Part shown: positions 10,841 through 22,746 of the stretch, one piece after another
Layout of the letters: the number at the start of each line of letters is the position of its first letter
Position numbering within the stretch: the stretch's first letter is position 1
From: Octopus vulgaris
Taxonomy: Eukaryota
Assembly: GCA_951406725.2 (NCBI GenBank)
Contig: OX597841.1
Span: 1,922,001-1,986,000, forward strand
Direction of reading: 5' to 3'
Length of the DNA stretch: 64,000 bases
Notes under the pieces: model-generated
What the model saw: only the letters and a program-made list of their open reading frames with translations
What the model was told of the DNA's origin: nothing
Database searches by the model: none
Position numbers and translations under genes: made by a program

Positions 10841-11656
10841 AACTCTCATCTTGTAACCCACAAACGCAGTCACACTGGAGAAAAACCATATCGCTGTGAC
10901 ATCTGTGGGAAATCTTTCATTTCTCAAAGTAGTTTAAATATGCATAACCGGACTCACACTGGGGAGAAACCTTTCCACTGTGAATTATGTGGGAAACGTT
11001 TTATTGATGTTGGTCATTTAATAAGACACAAACGAACCCACTCTGGAGAAAAGCCATATCATTGTGAGATCTGTGGGAAATGTTTCATTGAAAATTCAAA
11101 GCTTGTGGGACACATACGTAGCCACACTGGAGAGAGGCCATTCCACTGTGAAATTTGTGGGAAATCCTTCTCTGATAATTCTAATCTTGTTGTCCACAAG
11201 CGTAGACACACTGGGGAAAAACTGTATTCTTGTAATATATGTGGGAAATCATTCTCTGTTAGTGGGAGCCTCGTTATCCACAAGCGTATCCACACTGGGG
11301 AGAAGCCTTTCCACTGTGAAATTTGCGAGACATCTTTTGGTGATAAAAGTTCTTTAAAGAGACACGTACGTATCCACTCTGGGGAAAAACCTTTCCATTG
11401 TGAAATATGTGGGAAATCTTTCCTTGATAATGGTAATTTAAGAAAACACATACGTAGACACATAGGAGCAGAACCTTTCCACTGTGAGATATGTGGGAAA
11501 TCTCTCGTTAGTAATGCTAGTCTAATTATACATAAACGAACACACACAGGGGAAAGACCTTTCCACTGTGATATATGTGGTAAGTCTTTTCCCAGCAACA
11601 ATAATTTAAACAGGCACAACAGAAGCCACTCTGGAGAAGAAACCATAAAATTGTGA
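10628..11656 (+). CDS. C2H2 zinc-finger protein (ZNF-3), about 342 aa, 11 fingers; inverted paralogue of ZNF-2
   Basis: ATG at 10628 (METVAQ...); N-terminal ~65 aa nearly identical to ZNF-2; array ends by a frameshift in the HSGE linker; upstream acceptor tctcttatttacag ending at 10364. Confidence 0.9.
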   Translation: METVAQTGRNEEAVHNETFSKERSLQGNITEYRCDICKKTFSSEPEVLKHTEIHQKKRPFRCEICGKCFIKNSHLVTHKRSHTGEKPYRCDICGKSFISQSSLNMHNRTHTGEKPFHCELCGKRFIDVGHLIRHKRTHSGEKPYHCEICGKCFIENSKLVGHIRSHTGERPFHCEICGKSFSDNSNLVVHKRRHTGEKLYSCNICGKSFSVSGSLVIHKRIHTGEKPFHCEICETSFGDKSSLKRHVRIHSGEKPFHCEICGKSFLDNGNLRKHIRRHIGAEPFHCEICGKSLVSNASLIIHKRTHTGERPFHCDICGKSFPSNNNLNRHNRSHSGEETIKL

Positions 11657-12470
11657 AATATGTTGGAAGTCCTTCTCTGTATATTTGAGATGTATTGTCC
11701 ACAAGCAGGAGTGGCTGTGTGGTAAGTAGCTTGCTAACCAACTACATGGTTCCGGGTTCAGTCCCACTGCGTGGCATCTTGGGCAAGTGTCTTTTGCTAT
11801 AGCCTCGGGCCGACCAAAGCCTTGTGAGTGGATTTGGCAGACGGAAACTGAAAGAAGCCTGTCGTATATATGTATGTGTGTGTATATGTTTGTGTGTCTG
11901 TGTTTGTCCCTCTAGCATTGCTTGACAACTGATGCTGGTGTGTTTACGTCCCCGTCACTTAGCGGTTCGGTAAAAGAGACCGATAGAATAAGTACTGGGC
12001 TTACAAAGAATAAGTCCCGGGGTCGATTTGCTCGACTAAAGGCGGTGCTCCAGCATGGCCGCAGTCAAATGACTGAAACAAGTAAAAGAGAGAACGCATA
12101 TCCACTCTGAAGAAAGACTGTTTCAGTGTGAAATGTTTGGGGAATGCTTTGGTAATAGGGATTTAATAAAACACATACACAGGCTGAAAATGAAATACGT
12201 AGGGAATGTTTCACTTGTGGTACATGTCTTGTACCCCACATACAGAATCACATTGGAGAAAAACCTCATCATTTTGAGATATGTAGGAAACATTTGATCT
12301 GTAAAAGTTACTGAACAACTTGCAAAAGTAGCAAAACCCAGTCTTTATTTAATTTGTGGGAAATCATTTGTGATTCAAAGTCAAAAAGATGTAAACAAAT
12401 GCAAACTGGAGAGAAACATTTTAACTATGAAACATGAGAAATTGTTCTCTTAACAAATCTAGATTTGTTT
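11657..12470 (+). pseudogene. Decayed zinc-finger repeats downstream of the ZNF-3 stop, interrupted by a SINE
   Basis: Out-of-frame relics such as NCEICWKSFS...VHK, IHSEERLFQCEMFG, HIGEKPHHFEIC and QTGEKHFNYET. Confidence 0.7.
11705..12092 (+). mobile_element. SINE family A (tRNA head, CORE-like cttgggcaagt, internal microsatellite, aagtaaaagag tail)
   Basis: Full-length copy. Others at about 16653-17013(-), 30460-30850, 35345-35712, 36326-36730, 37300-37697(-), 46276-46650, 47282-47665 and 62185-62607(-). Confidence 0.88.
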
Positions 12471-12545
12471 TCAACCAATGAGTTTACATTGGTGAAGATT
12501 TATCATATGTATTGGAAATGATTCTTTTTGATTTCTTGTGAAATA

Positions 12546-12940
12546 TTACTCTTTTCAGTCATGTGACTGTGGCCATGCTGGAGCACCGCCTTTAGTCGAT
12601 CAAATTGACCCCAGGACTTATTCTTTGTAAGCCTAGTACTTAGTCTATCGGTCTTTTTTGCCAAACTGCTAAGTTACGGGGACGTAAACACACCAGCATC
12701 GGTTGTCAAGTGATGTTGGAGGGACAAACACAGACACGCAAATACACACATACATATATATATATACATATATACAACAGGCTTCTTTCAGTTTCTGTCT
12801 ACCAAATCCACTCACAAGGCTTTGGTCGGCCTGAGGCTATAGTAGAAGATACTTGCCCAAGGTGCCACCCAGTGAGACTGAACCCGGAACCATGTAGTTC
12901 GTAAGCAAGCTACTTACCACACAGCCACTCCTACGCCTAT
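12546..12940 (-). mobile_element. SINE family A, inverted relative to 11705-12092
   Basis: Reverse complement of the same consensus. Confidence 0.88.
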
Positions 12941-13510
12941 ACACAGCCATTCCTGTGGGTAATATTAAACCATTTCTCTTTTTTTTTTCTTTTTGCTCCA
13001 TAACGACATTCAGGGTAGAGTAAGCTCTTTCTATTGTGAGAGTTATAGCAAATCATCAGAAATGGTCAATTAAAAAAAAAATACATACTGTAGAGAAACC
13101 TTTGACCCTTTTGCATTTAAACTGATCATATCCAGCCCCAAGATTCAATCTCCTTTATGTTCACACTGGTCAGATCCAGTCTCTCACACCTATCTGATAT
13201 CATTCTTAAAACAGTCACAACATCAAAATCTCAAAGCTTGAGATAATGCATGATGAACTTCAAAAGAAAGCGAATAAATGTTATAATGTGTAAGATGAAT
13301 AAAAATATTGTGCTCAGATTATAACTTTATTAACGAATGAAGAAATATTGTAGCCATTCTCAACCCACATGCAAAATGGCGAACTGTAACTTCAATTGTC
13401 CATGATGCAAAATGAACCATCAGTATCACTGTAAGCATGCTGAGATGTAAAGAGTAAATCCACAACAATGAGTCAATGTATATCTAAGGTCAGCTGACAG
13501 AGTCAATTAA

Positions 13511-13731
13511 CCCTTTAGTGTTTGCATTATTCTGCCAAAATTAATGCTTTTTTATCCATATTGTTTTGAACTAATCATGCATTATCTTGTAGCTTTGAGA
13601 TTTTGATGAGGTAGCTGTTAATTTTTAAAACGATTTTGTAGGGTTGGTGTGAAAGACCAGATCTGGCCATTTTGAACATAAAACAGGCAGAGTACTTTTG
13701 GCCGGATATGGCCGGTTTAAATGCTAAAGGG
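13511..13731. mobile_element. piggyBac-like MITE
   Basis: TTAA|CCCTTTAG...CTAAAGGG|TTAA; close copy at 60168-60393 and partial copies near 13085, 15910, 31190, 43830, 44630, 51910, 53455 and 56395. Confidence 0.8.
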
Positions 13732-14035
13732 TTAAGTGTCCCTTCAAATGAATCGGCATAAGCTTAAATAAATGATGTAGGTGTGAAAAACGTCACCTGA
13801 TAGAATTGTGCCCATTGATTGGACGACTCTTAATAAACAGTGTTTTGTGTTGAGACAACAGCAGTTGTCTTCATAAATATGTATTACATTTGATTGACTA
13901 ATCTGAATACAAAAGTGTTAAACTGTAAACTTGTTGTCTACTAATATCATCATCATCACTTGTTGTCTGTTTTCCGTGCTGGCATGGGTTAAACAGTATG
14001 AATAGAAGAACATTGACCTTAATATAACATTAATA

Positions 14036-14267
14036 GGGCGGTGAGCTGGCAGAACCGTTATTGCGCCGGGCGAAATGCTTAGTGGTATTTCGTCTGTCGT
14101 TACGTTCTGAGTTCAAATTCTGCCGAGGTCGACTTTGCTTTTCATCCTTTCGGGGTCGATAAATAAAGTACCAGTTTCGCACTGGGGTCGATGTAATCGA
14201 CTTAATCCGTTTGTTTGTCCTTGTTTGTCCCCTCTATGTTTAGCCCCTTGTGGGTAGTCAAGAAATA
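14036..14267 (+). mobile_element. SINE family B, full length
   Basis: ggcggtgagctggcaga head; probable TSD aatataacat at 14021-14030 and 14268-14277. Other copies at 23470-23667, 35743-35975(-), 58240-58473(-) and 59756-60000(-, TSD tgtgttgcagacct). Confidence 0.88.
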
Positions 14268-14436
14268 AATATAACATATTGTTGACCAATATCTGATTTA
14301 AACTGATCCTTTCCTTAGCTAAAAACTACAACAAATGTATATATTATATGCTATTCACATAATAAAGAATACAGACATATTTGTATAGTTAATAATTGTG
14401 TTGTTTAATAGTTTGAGACATTTTTTATAAAAGATA

Positions 14437-15003
14437 TTGGGTTTTCCAGAAAGTTTGTGCCAATTTTTAAAGGAAAGAAAAAGGTCAATAAATACTTGCC
14501 ATTACATTTTTAATCAACCAAATATGAACCATTTTGTTGCACAATGCGTCTTCGTCTTTCCTTTAACTTGAAAATACCTTCTTCCCAGAATTGAGGTGGT
14601 TTCATGGCAAAGAATTCATCAAGGTATCTTTTTACGTCATCCAAGGAATTGAAATTTTTACCATTAAGACTATTCTGCAGAGATCTGAATAAGTGGAAAT
14701 CCGAAGGAGCAATATCTGGTGAATATGGAGGGTGGAGGTAACACATCCCAGCTGAGCTGCAACAATTTTTGTCTGGTTCCCAAAGCATCAAGTGCCGAAA
14801 ATGAACTTTCTTATCTTCCATTTTAAAAGGTTACAGAATTAACACAGGTTATAGGAACACAAACCTTCTTCCACGAAAAGATAGCTTAAACTGTGCTCTA
14901 AATAGAGGTGTAGTCAAATCCTATTTTATGGACTCAACCATGTTCTAAAATAAGTCGAAAGGTAAGCTACTATAAATTGGCACAAACTTTCTGGACAACC
15001 CAA
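14437..15003 (-). mobile_element. Internally deleted mariner element with both TIRs and TA TSD
   Basis: 30-bp TIRs ttgggtt(t/g)tccagaaagtttgtgccaattt flanked by TA; ORF 14510-14821 joins the N-terminus MEDKKVHFRHLMLWE to HPPYSPDIAPSDFHLFRSLQNSL. Confidence 0.92.
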
Positions 15004-15702
15004 TATATTCTGCTGTTATGATTTAGAATAGTGGGGCTATGGGTCCCTTTGATTCTTATTTTACTCAGATTGACCCTTATAGCCATGCAGCGTTTTTAAA
15101 AAATCCTGTTATATTTTTATAATTAAATATTAGGAACTGTATCTTAAAAAATTGTTAAAATATTTTGTGTATTTCACATAAATTTTGACAAAATCTTTAT
15201 AGACTTGGTTGAGAACCACTGGCTTAGAAAAACATCCAAGTTCTTTGGATGGTCAGAATTGGATTGTGTTTATTCATTGGAAGTGTTGTACAATGTGAAA
15301 TACACAAAATATTTTAACAATTTAAATGAATAAACACAATCCAATTCTGACCATCCAAAGAACTTGGATGTTTTTCTTAGCCAATGGTTCTCAACCAGGT
15401 CTATAAGGATTTTGTCGAAATTTATGTGAAATACACAAAATATTTTAACAATTTTTTAAATACAGTTCCTAATATTTAATTATAAAAATATAACAGGATT
15501 TTTTTTAAAACGCTGCATGGCTATGAGGGTCAATCTGAGTAAAATAGGACTCAAAGGGATCCATAAAAAGAAATTGAGCCCCACTATTCTAAATCATAGC
15601 AGCAGAATATATTGGGTTGTCCGGAAAGTTCGTGCCAATTTATAGTAGCTTACATTTTGACTTATTTTAGAACATGGTTGAGTTCATAAAATAGGTTTTA
15701 CT
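14912..15702. repeat. Long fold-back inverted repeat (arms 14912-15278 and 15325-15702)
   Basis: About 370-bp arms of high identity that include one mariner TIR and a ggttgagaaccactg MITE end; 46-bp spacer. Confidence 0.9.
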
Positions 15703-16604
15703 TGAAATTTTCTCTCAATATTGCTGTTCAGTGGTTGGAGCGTCAGGCTCACAACCATGAGTTTGATTCCCTGACTGGGTTGTGTGTTGTATTCTTGAGC
15801 AAGACAACTTTATTTCACATCACTGCAGTTGATTCAGCTTTAGAAATGAGTTGTGACGTCACTGGTGCCAAGCTGTATCAGCCTTTGCTTTCCTTTAACT
15901 TGAAAATACCTGTTTAAACCGGCCAAATCCAGCCCAATATATTCTACATGTTTTATATTCAAACTGGCAATATCTAGCCTCTCACACCTAACCTACAATG
16001 CCATTCTGAAAATAAACAATCACATCATTGAAACCTCAAAGATATAAGATAATGCATGATTAATTCAAAACAATTTGAGTGAAAAAGTATTACATTTAAC
16101 AGATCACTCTGTACACTAAAGGGTTAAATAACATCAGTGGCATGGAGACGGGAGGCTGGTATGCATGGGCAACTGCTGGTCTTCCATAAACAACCTTGCC
16201 CAGATTTGTGCCTCAGAGGGCAATTATCTAGGTGCAATCCCATGTCATTCATGACCGAAGGGGGTCTCTATCCTTTATTTATTCTTCTCTAGAATAAATT
16301 GATTTTATATGATAAAGGCTGTGAAATAACCATGGCTGTGTGGATGCAGTTGGTGAAGTAAATTTTTTCATTTTATGTCTTCTCTCTTCCTTTATATTTT
16401 TTTACATATATCCTTTTATTGTTTTTATTCTTATGCTTCAGTCAATTGACTGCAGCCATGCTGGAGCACCACCTTGAAGGGTTTCAGTCGAATAAATTGA
16501 CCCCAGGACTTTTTACTTAAGCATAGTACTTATTCTATTGGTCTCTTTTGCCAAACTGCTTGGTTACGGGGATGTAAACACACCAACACTGAGAGATACA
16601 CACA

Positions 16605-16639
<35 letters not shown>

Positions 16640-17654
16640 CATATAGATATATACTTCTTTCATCATTTGACTGCGGCCATGCTGGAGCACCGCCTTTAGT
16701 TGAGCAAGTCGACCCCAGGACTTATTCTTTGTAAGCCTAGTACTTATTCTATCGGTCTCTCTTGCCAAACTGCTAAGTTACAGGGACGTAAACACACCAG
16801 TATCGGTTGTCAAGCGATGTTGGGGGTGACAAACATAGACATACAAACACACACACACACACACATATATGACAGGCTTCCTACAGTTTCCGTCTACCAA
16901 ATCCACTCACAAGGCTTTGGTCGGCCTGAGGCTATAGTAGAAGACACTTACGCAAGGTGCCACGCAGTGGGACAACCATGTGGTTGGTAAGCAAGCTACT
17001 TACCACACAGCCCGTTACGTACCAGTTACAGCCAGTTAAGTTCCAGTTACATACTGGAGTCGATCTAATCGACTGGCCCCCGTCTCCCTAAATTTCGGGC
17101 CTTGTGCTTATAGTAGAAAAGAATATTGAACTAGCAGAGAAAATACTTTGGATTGAGAACATTGGAGACCTATCACCAATGAAGGAATAACAATTTTTGA
17201 GACTAGTAGGACTGCCGACCAAGGAGAAAAGATAGACAAAAACAACCAAAAAGGGACCTTCCGTCTTGAATCACCTGTCAAGAAAGAAATGGACTCATCT
17301 GTCACCTCAGAGTCCATCAATAACTAGAAAGAAAAAAAAAGAACAAAGACCATCCTCAATCTCGAGGACTATCCATGATCTAAGGTCATCAACTAGACTT
17401 AGGCTCCGAATGTGGAAACTATTATAGCTGCCTCTCTTATACAGACGGTCGCTCTCTGTGCTAGATGTAGCAACCAAATCTTTCTCAAATTATTCCGTGT
17501 TTTTATAATAAAGGAAAACAGACAAGATTTGGATTTTTTATATAATATGTCAGGGCGGTCACGTTTGGAACACACTTAGTCCATAAGTCTGCGCAGTAAG
17601 GATTGACGTTTGGCTAACAGCAACATATTTACAGGCACACACACACACATATAA

Positions 17655-17724
<70 letters not shown>

Positions 17725-17726
17725 CA

Positions 17727-17995
17727 CGAGGGGTTGATGAAAAGTTCCCGGCTTGGATCTTTTCGGTTACAAACTGTCGTTCAAACCGAATAGATCCCCC
17801 GGCTTTACGAGTGTCGCGAAAGGCCTATTTGGAGGCCCGACCTTCTGAGTTTTTTTTTTTTACAGATCTTAGAAAACCTGAAGGATCGCTGCAATGTGTA
17901 GATCTGACTGGGGAATATGTTAGATAAAATCATAATTAAGTGATGCCCCGCTATGTTCTTTTATTCAAAGCCAGGAACTTTTCAGCAAGTCCTCG
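17727..17995. mobile_element. Non-autonomous Tc1/mariner-type MITE
   Basis: Imperfect TIRs cgaggggttgatgaaaagttcccggct and agccaggaacttttcagcaagtcctcg|ta; related copies at about 58808-59135 and 60692-60770. Confidence 0.65.
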
Positions 17996-18288
17996 TATAC
18001 ACACACACACATATATAGAGAGAAAGAGAGTGATGCACACACACATATATACACATTTACGTTCACATACATAGACAGGCAAACACAAATACATACATGT
18101 ACACACACACACATAACACACCGCACGCGTGTTCAAGAGTCTATATTTTCCAGTATTGTTGGAATAATACTGATTCGATGAATTATTTCATATATTATAT
18201 AATAATATTTCACCAGTAAACTTCTGGTAAAGTGTTGATGAATAATTATGTAATGAGACGAGTTTGCTCACTCGATTCTCCGTTAGTG

Positions 18289-18334
<46 letters not shown>

Positions 18335-18899
18335 TATATCTATCTATCTATCTATCTATCTATATACACATACAAGTAAAAACGCCGAAGTAGCCTGTAT
18401 GTGGTCTCTTAGCTTACTAGAAATAACAGCCAAAATATTATTACACCCGGTTTAAAAAGGTACTCGTTAGAAAATGCATTCCTTGGTTTTTCAACCACTT
18501 AGGTAAAAGAAAAAAACGTGACGGTCACTGTTGGAACGTTTTTCATTATAGATATGCGCAATCACGGTTGACCTGGGGCTAAACAACAACTACAACGCCA
18601 TGAAGAATTATAAATAAATATTGTCGTCTGTTTATTTAATGTGGATAAGGATAGCGTAGATATGAAAAATATTTCATTGAATCGCGTTGGAGAAGGTTAA
18701 ATACTAGTTTCATTTAGAAATTGGAGGTGTTTTGACTTGAAATGAGAAAAAAAAAAAAAAAAAAGAACCGCCGCCATAGGAAAAGCAGCCGGTCGTAGAC
18801 AAAAGACAAGGCGAAGCCATGTGAAAAATATACAGAAATAACAAATGCGGACGTTAGAAACCGGGATTAGGCGCTTCCATAGATGTATTTCCTGCTGGC

Positions 18900-19445
18900 T
18901 GCTGTTGTTGCTGCTGGTGCTGCCTAGGCCTGGCTTTTGTTGTTTGTTGTCGCGGTGCGGCGGCGGTGGTGTTGTTGAGATGAAGATGGTGACGGTGATG
19001 GTGGTGGTGGTGGTAAAGATGGCGGCGGCGTTAGTAATGCTTGTTGTTCTTGTGGTGGTGGTGGTGGTGTTGGGGGGGGGGGTGATATGGTAGTAGTTTT
19101 AGTGGTCGTAGTGATGACACTGATTATGGCGGTGGTGGTGGTGACGGTGTCAGTGAAAGCAGTAGTAGTAATGTGTGCAGTGATGGTGGTGGTGATGCTG
19201 GTGACGGCGGCGGCGGTTGTGACGATGATGGTAGTGGTGGTGGTGGTGGTGGTGATGCTGGTGACGGCGGCGGCGTTTGTGACGATGATGGTAGTGATGG
19301 TGGTGGTGGTAATGCTGGTGACGGCGGCGGGGTTTGTGACGGTGATGGTAGTGGTGATGGTGGTGGTAGCGGTGGTGGGGGGTTGTCATTTGTAATAGTA
19401 GCAGTAAGAGTAGTGGAGATAATGGTGGTGGTGGTGGTGCTGGTA
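18900..19445. repeat. GC-rich (GGT/GGC/GAT)n low-complexity tract including a 60-bp unit repeated 3 times (about 19180-19370)
   Basis: gatgctggtgacggcggcggcg...gtgacgatgatggtagt recurs with a 60-bp period. Confidence 0.8.
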
Positions 19446-20235
19446 CCATTTATTCCCAGGTTCAAATGTAACAATAAGCAAGCAGCAGAAAGAAAATCCC
19501 GTTTCCTTCCTGAATCCCTCTCTTTCTCTCACCAACAAAGTCAGACAGAAATGTGTGTGTGTGTGTACGTACAACGGCGGCATTGTCCCAGATGTTAAAT
19601 TATGTCATCCTTGTTATTCTTTCGTTATTTTACATTGTTTTAGTTAGTTAAACTGCAGCCATGCTGGAGCACCGCCTTGGTGGATTTTAATCAATAAACC
19701 AGCACCAGTTGTCAAATGGTGTGGGCAATAAACACGAGGACACACACGCACACACATACCCACTTGCATGATGTTCCCTCACTACCAGGGCTGGATTAAA
19801 ACCCATCGAGGCCCCAAAGAACTTGAAAGATTTTGGTGCCCCATAAAAGATTATGTAATTCAAAATATAAACAACAATAAACCATAGAAGAAATTTTTAA
19901 TTTTCAAAACGAAACGAAATAAGGGGGGAAATAATGTTTATTTTTGTATATTTCCATTTTATTTTTATTTGAAAAGTTTCCTCCAACTTTTTTGAATTGC
20001 AAAATCTTTGATTAGATCCTCAAAATTAATCTTACTTACATGTTTAGACACAGGAGTAACAGTGTGGTAAGTAGCTTGCTTACTAACCACATGGTTCTGG
20101 GTTCAATTCCACTGCATGGCACCTTGGGCAAGTGTCTTCTACTATAGCCTCGGGCTGACCAAAGCCTTGTGAGTGGATTTGGTCGATGGAAAATGAAAGA
20201 AGCCCATCGTATATATATATATATATATATATATA

Positions 20236-20378
20236 TACAAAATAAGAAAATGGAGAAATACATCCAAATCAAATATCAATTACCAGATAATACCCAATCA
20301 CATACTTTATTAGTGATTGGGTATTATCTGGTAATTGATATTTGATTTGGATGTATTTCTCTATTTTCTTATTTTGTA
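20236..20378. repeat. 66-bp near-perfect hairpin with 11-nt loop
   Basis: 20236-20301 versus 20313-20378, one mismatch (G-U compatible); abuts (TA)n. Confidence 0.9.
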
Positions 20379-21384
20379 TTATGAATTTGTGGTAAAACAT
20401 TTTACCTTTGCCCATATAATACAGTAAATGAATTAATTGCATCACAATTCTTAACATTTATGTATTAACTTTGTTGGGTACTTTACTAGCAGTATATTGG
20501 ATATATGTTATCCCATGAAGGGTTGCATTTACAACCCCTATCTCAATTTGTATATATATATATAGTGCATTTTGTGCACTAATTATGAAATCATATGATC
20601 TGCAGCTGAATGTGACACATCTGAATCTATACTTAGTTGAGATAAAAGCATCCTGAATATTATTTTTGTGCTATAAACCATTTACCATTTCTGTGGTGCT
20701 CCCTCCTTCCCTTGATGCCCTAAGCACATGCTTATTTTGCTTAATGGTTAATCCAGCACTGCACACCATCCTTCACTGTTCCTTGAGAGTATGTCCCAGA
20801 ACATCTTTGCCATCTCTTTCAGCATCGCTCTCCTTATCTTATTCTCTAACTCGTTCTCCATTCCTTTTCCAACCGGAGTATCCATGTATCTATTTTGTAG
20901 CAAGACACTTATCTCTGTCTCTCTATAACTTTAATCTCTCAACTGGCACAAAACCACATGCTCAAAATTATTCACCTTCCACAGTTGAGGGGGTATTTTG
21001 TCTTGCAATGTACTTGTTGACCCTGTTGGTGATGGTGTCACATAAAAAGCACCGAGTACAATTCTGTGAAGTGGTTGGCATTAGGAAGGGCATCCAGCTG
21101 TAGAAACCATGCCAGAACAGGCAAATGAAGCCAGGGGCAGCTCCCAGCCTAGTAATTGATTCAAGCAGTGACAATGCAGAGTTTTCTCAAACCCTGCTTC
21201 ATCTCTCTTTGGTTTTGCTGATGGCAAGGGACTCCCTTTAGTGTTGGTGGCTTGGAAAATGTACCACTACACTCTGTAAAGTGGCTCATGTTAGATGTAG
21301 AAACCATGGTGAAAAATGAGAGCTAAGAGAAACATGTGGCCCTCCACTGCATGTAGGAATCTTGTCAAACTGTCCTAAGTATAC

Positions 21385-21840
21385 TTTTTCTGAATAAAAA
21401 ATGAGATGGTTATGGTAGGAAGCTCTTTAATCAGAGGTCTCTCAGATAAAGACTGACCTAGGGCTAAGCAACAACAAAAAAGGACACATTAGATGATGTA
21501 GTCCTAGATACATTATGTCTGAATAAAGGATGGAGAGGTTATAGCTGGAAGATCTTTGATTATATGTCTGTTAGATCAACACTGAGCAAGAGCTAAACAG
21601 TAATATCAATAAGGAGGAACACGTTTTGTAATTTAGTCCAGATACACTATGTCTTGATGGAAGACAGAACGATAGTAGCTGGAACACCTTTGATCACAGG
21701 TCCGCTGGATCAGGAACGACCAGGGACTAAACAACCACAAGGAAGGTTGCATTGAGTATATTAGTCCTAATATTCCTGGAATACCCTTTGTTCGTAGGTC
21801 TACAGGATCAACATTGACCTGGGGTTATACAACAACCACA
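21385..21840 (+). repeat. Degenerate tandem array (about 4 units of 100-125 bp) of a dispersed repeat ending gacctggggctaaacaacaac
   Basis: Recurring tagtcctagatac...gctggaa...ctttgatc...ctaaacaac; monomers near 18410-18595, 23935, 41590 and 42440. Confidence 0.6.
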
Positions 21841-21874
21841 GCAGCAGCAGCAGCGTCTCCCCTTTTTACACCTA

Positions 21875-21890
21875 GCACTAGAGGTCGCCA
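21875..21890 (+). promoter_or_regulatory. Candidate CTCF-binding site
   Basis: GCACTAGAGGTCGCCA closely resembles the CCACYAGRKGGCRS core; it lies between the ZNF cluster and HDAC1. Confidence 0.45.
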
Positions 21891-21979
21891 CCAGTCGATA
21901 GAACGGTTAACAGAAAGATAAAGCATCATCATCATCGTGATCATATCTGGACATAATCAGCAGCAGCCAGTTCTTGTCT

Positions 21980-22575
21980 GACCTCTCACCTCCCTTTTCC
22001 AATCTCTCCCTCTTCCCATTTAATATCTCCTCCTCGTCCTCTCCTCCTCTTTCTAGTTTTCTGTTCTCCTTCCCTCTTCTCTGCTCCTAACAACTCCCCT
22101 TCCTCACTCCTCTCTGGAAGTTGCTCCCTATTTCACTCTCACCACCCTTTCACCACTCTACATCCCACCCCCTCTCTTCTCTATATACTTTTCCTCCCTT
22201 GCTCTCAATTCTTCCTATACTTTCATTCTCTCTGTCTCCAAATACCTTCCTTCCACACCTCTTTCCATTCCTCTCTCGCTCATTCTCTCCCCCTTTCTCT
22301 CTGTCTCTATTCATCTGTCTTTCTATATACCAGCCTCCTTCCAACACTCACTTTTCTATATATTTTGCTCCTCCTCTCTCTTTTTCGTTTTTCCCTCTCT
22401 CCCCCTTTCTCTATTTTGACTCTCCCCATTCCTATCACTCTCTCTTATAAACCTACCTCCTCTTTCTCCCTACCTCTCTCTCTTTACTCTTCTCATTCCC
22501 TCTCTACTTTTACCTTTCATATTCCATCCCCCCTCTCTCTTTTTCTCTGTCTCCCTTCCCTCTCCTCAACTCCAC
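21980..22575 (+). repeat. About 600-bp polypyrimidine (CT-rich) tract upstream of HDAC1
   Basis: Very few G on the + strand; followed by CAG/CAT triplet runs at 22596-22735. Confidence 0.8.
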
Positions 22576-22733
22576 CAACTAACCAACCACAATAAGCAGC
22601 AGCAACAGCAACAACAGCAGTAATCATCATCATCATCATCATCACCATCAGCAGCAGCAGCAGCCTTAATCATCAGCAGTAGCCTTAATCACCAGCAGCA
22701 GCAATAACAGCCACGGCAGCAGCAGTAGTAGCA

Positions 22734-22746
22734 GCCACTTCCGGCC
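22734..22746 (-). promoter_or_regulatory. ETS-type motif (CCGGAAGTG) in the probable HDAC1 promoter
   Basis: gccacttccggcc about 365 bp upstream of the ATG. Confidence 0.35.

Noticed and set aside
11059-11646. 195-aa antisense ORF (also 7213-7842 and 8554-8947)
   Set aside because: Shadow ORFs on the opposite strand of zinc-finger repeats.
11705-11780. tRNA genes suggested by A/B boxes
   Set aside because: These are SINE heads; they form no complete cloverleaf and continue into SINE bodies.
18845-19598. Signal-peptide-like, Pro-rich, His-rich and Gly/Asp-rich ORFs
   Set aside because: Triplet low-complexity sequence is open in many frames; no domain or convincing splice sites, so it is not called as CDS.
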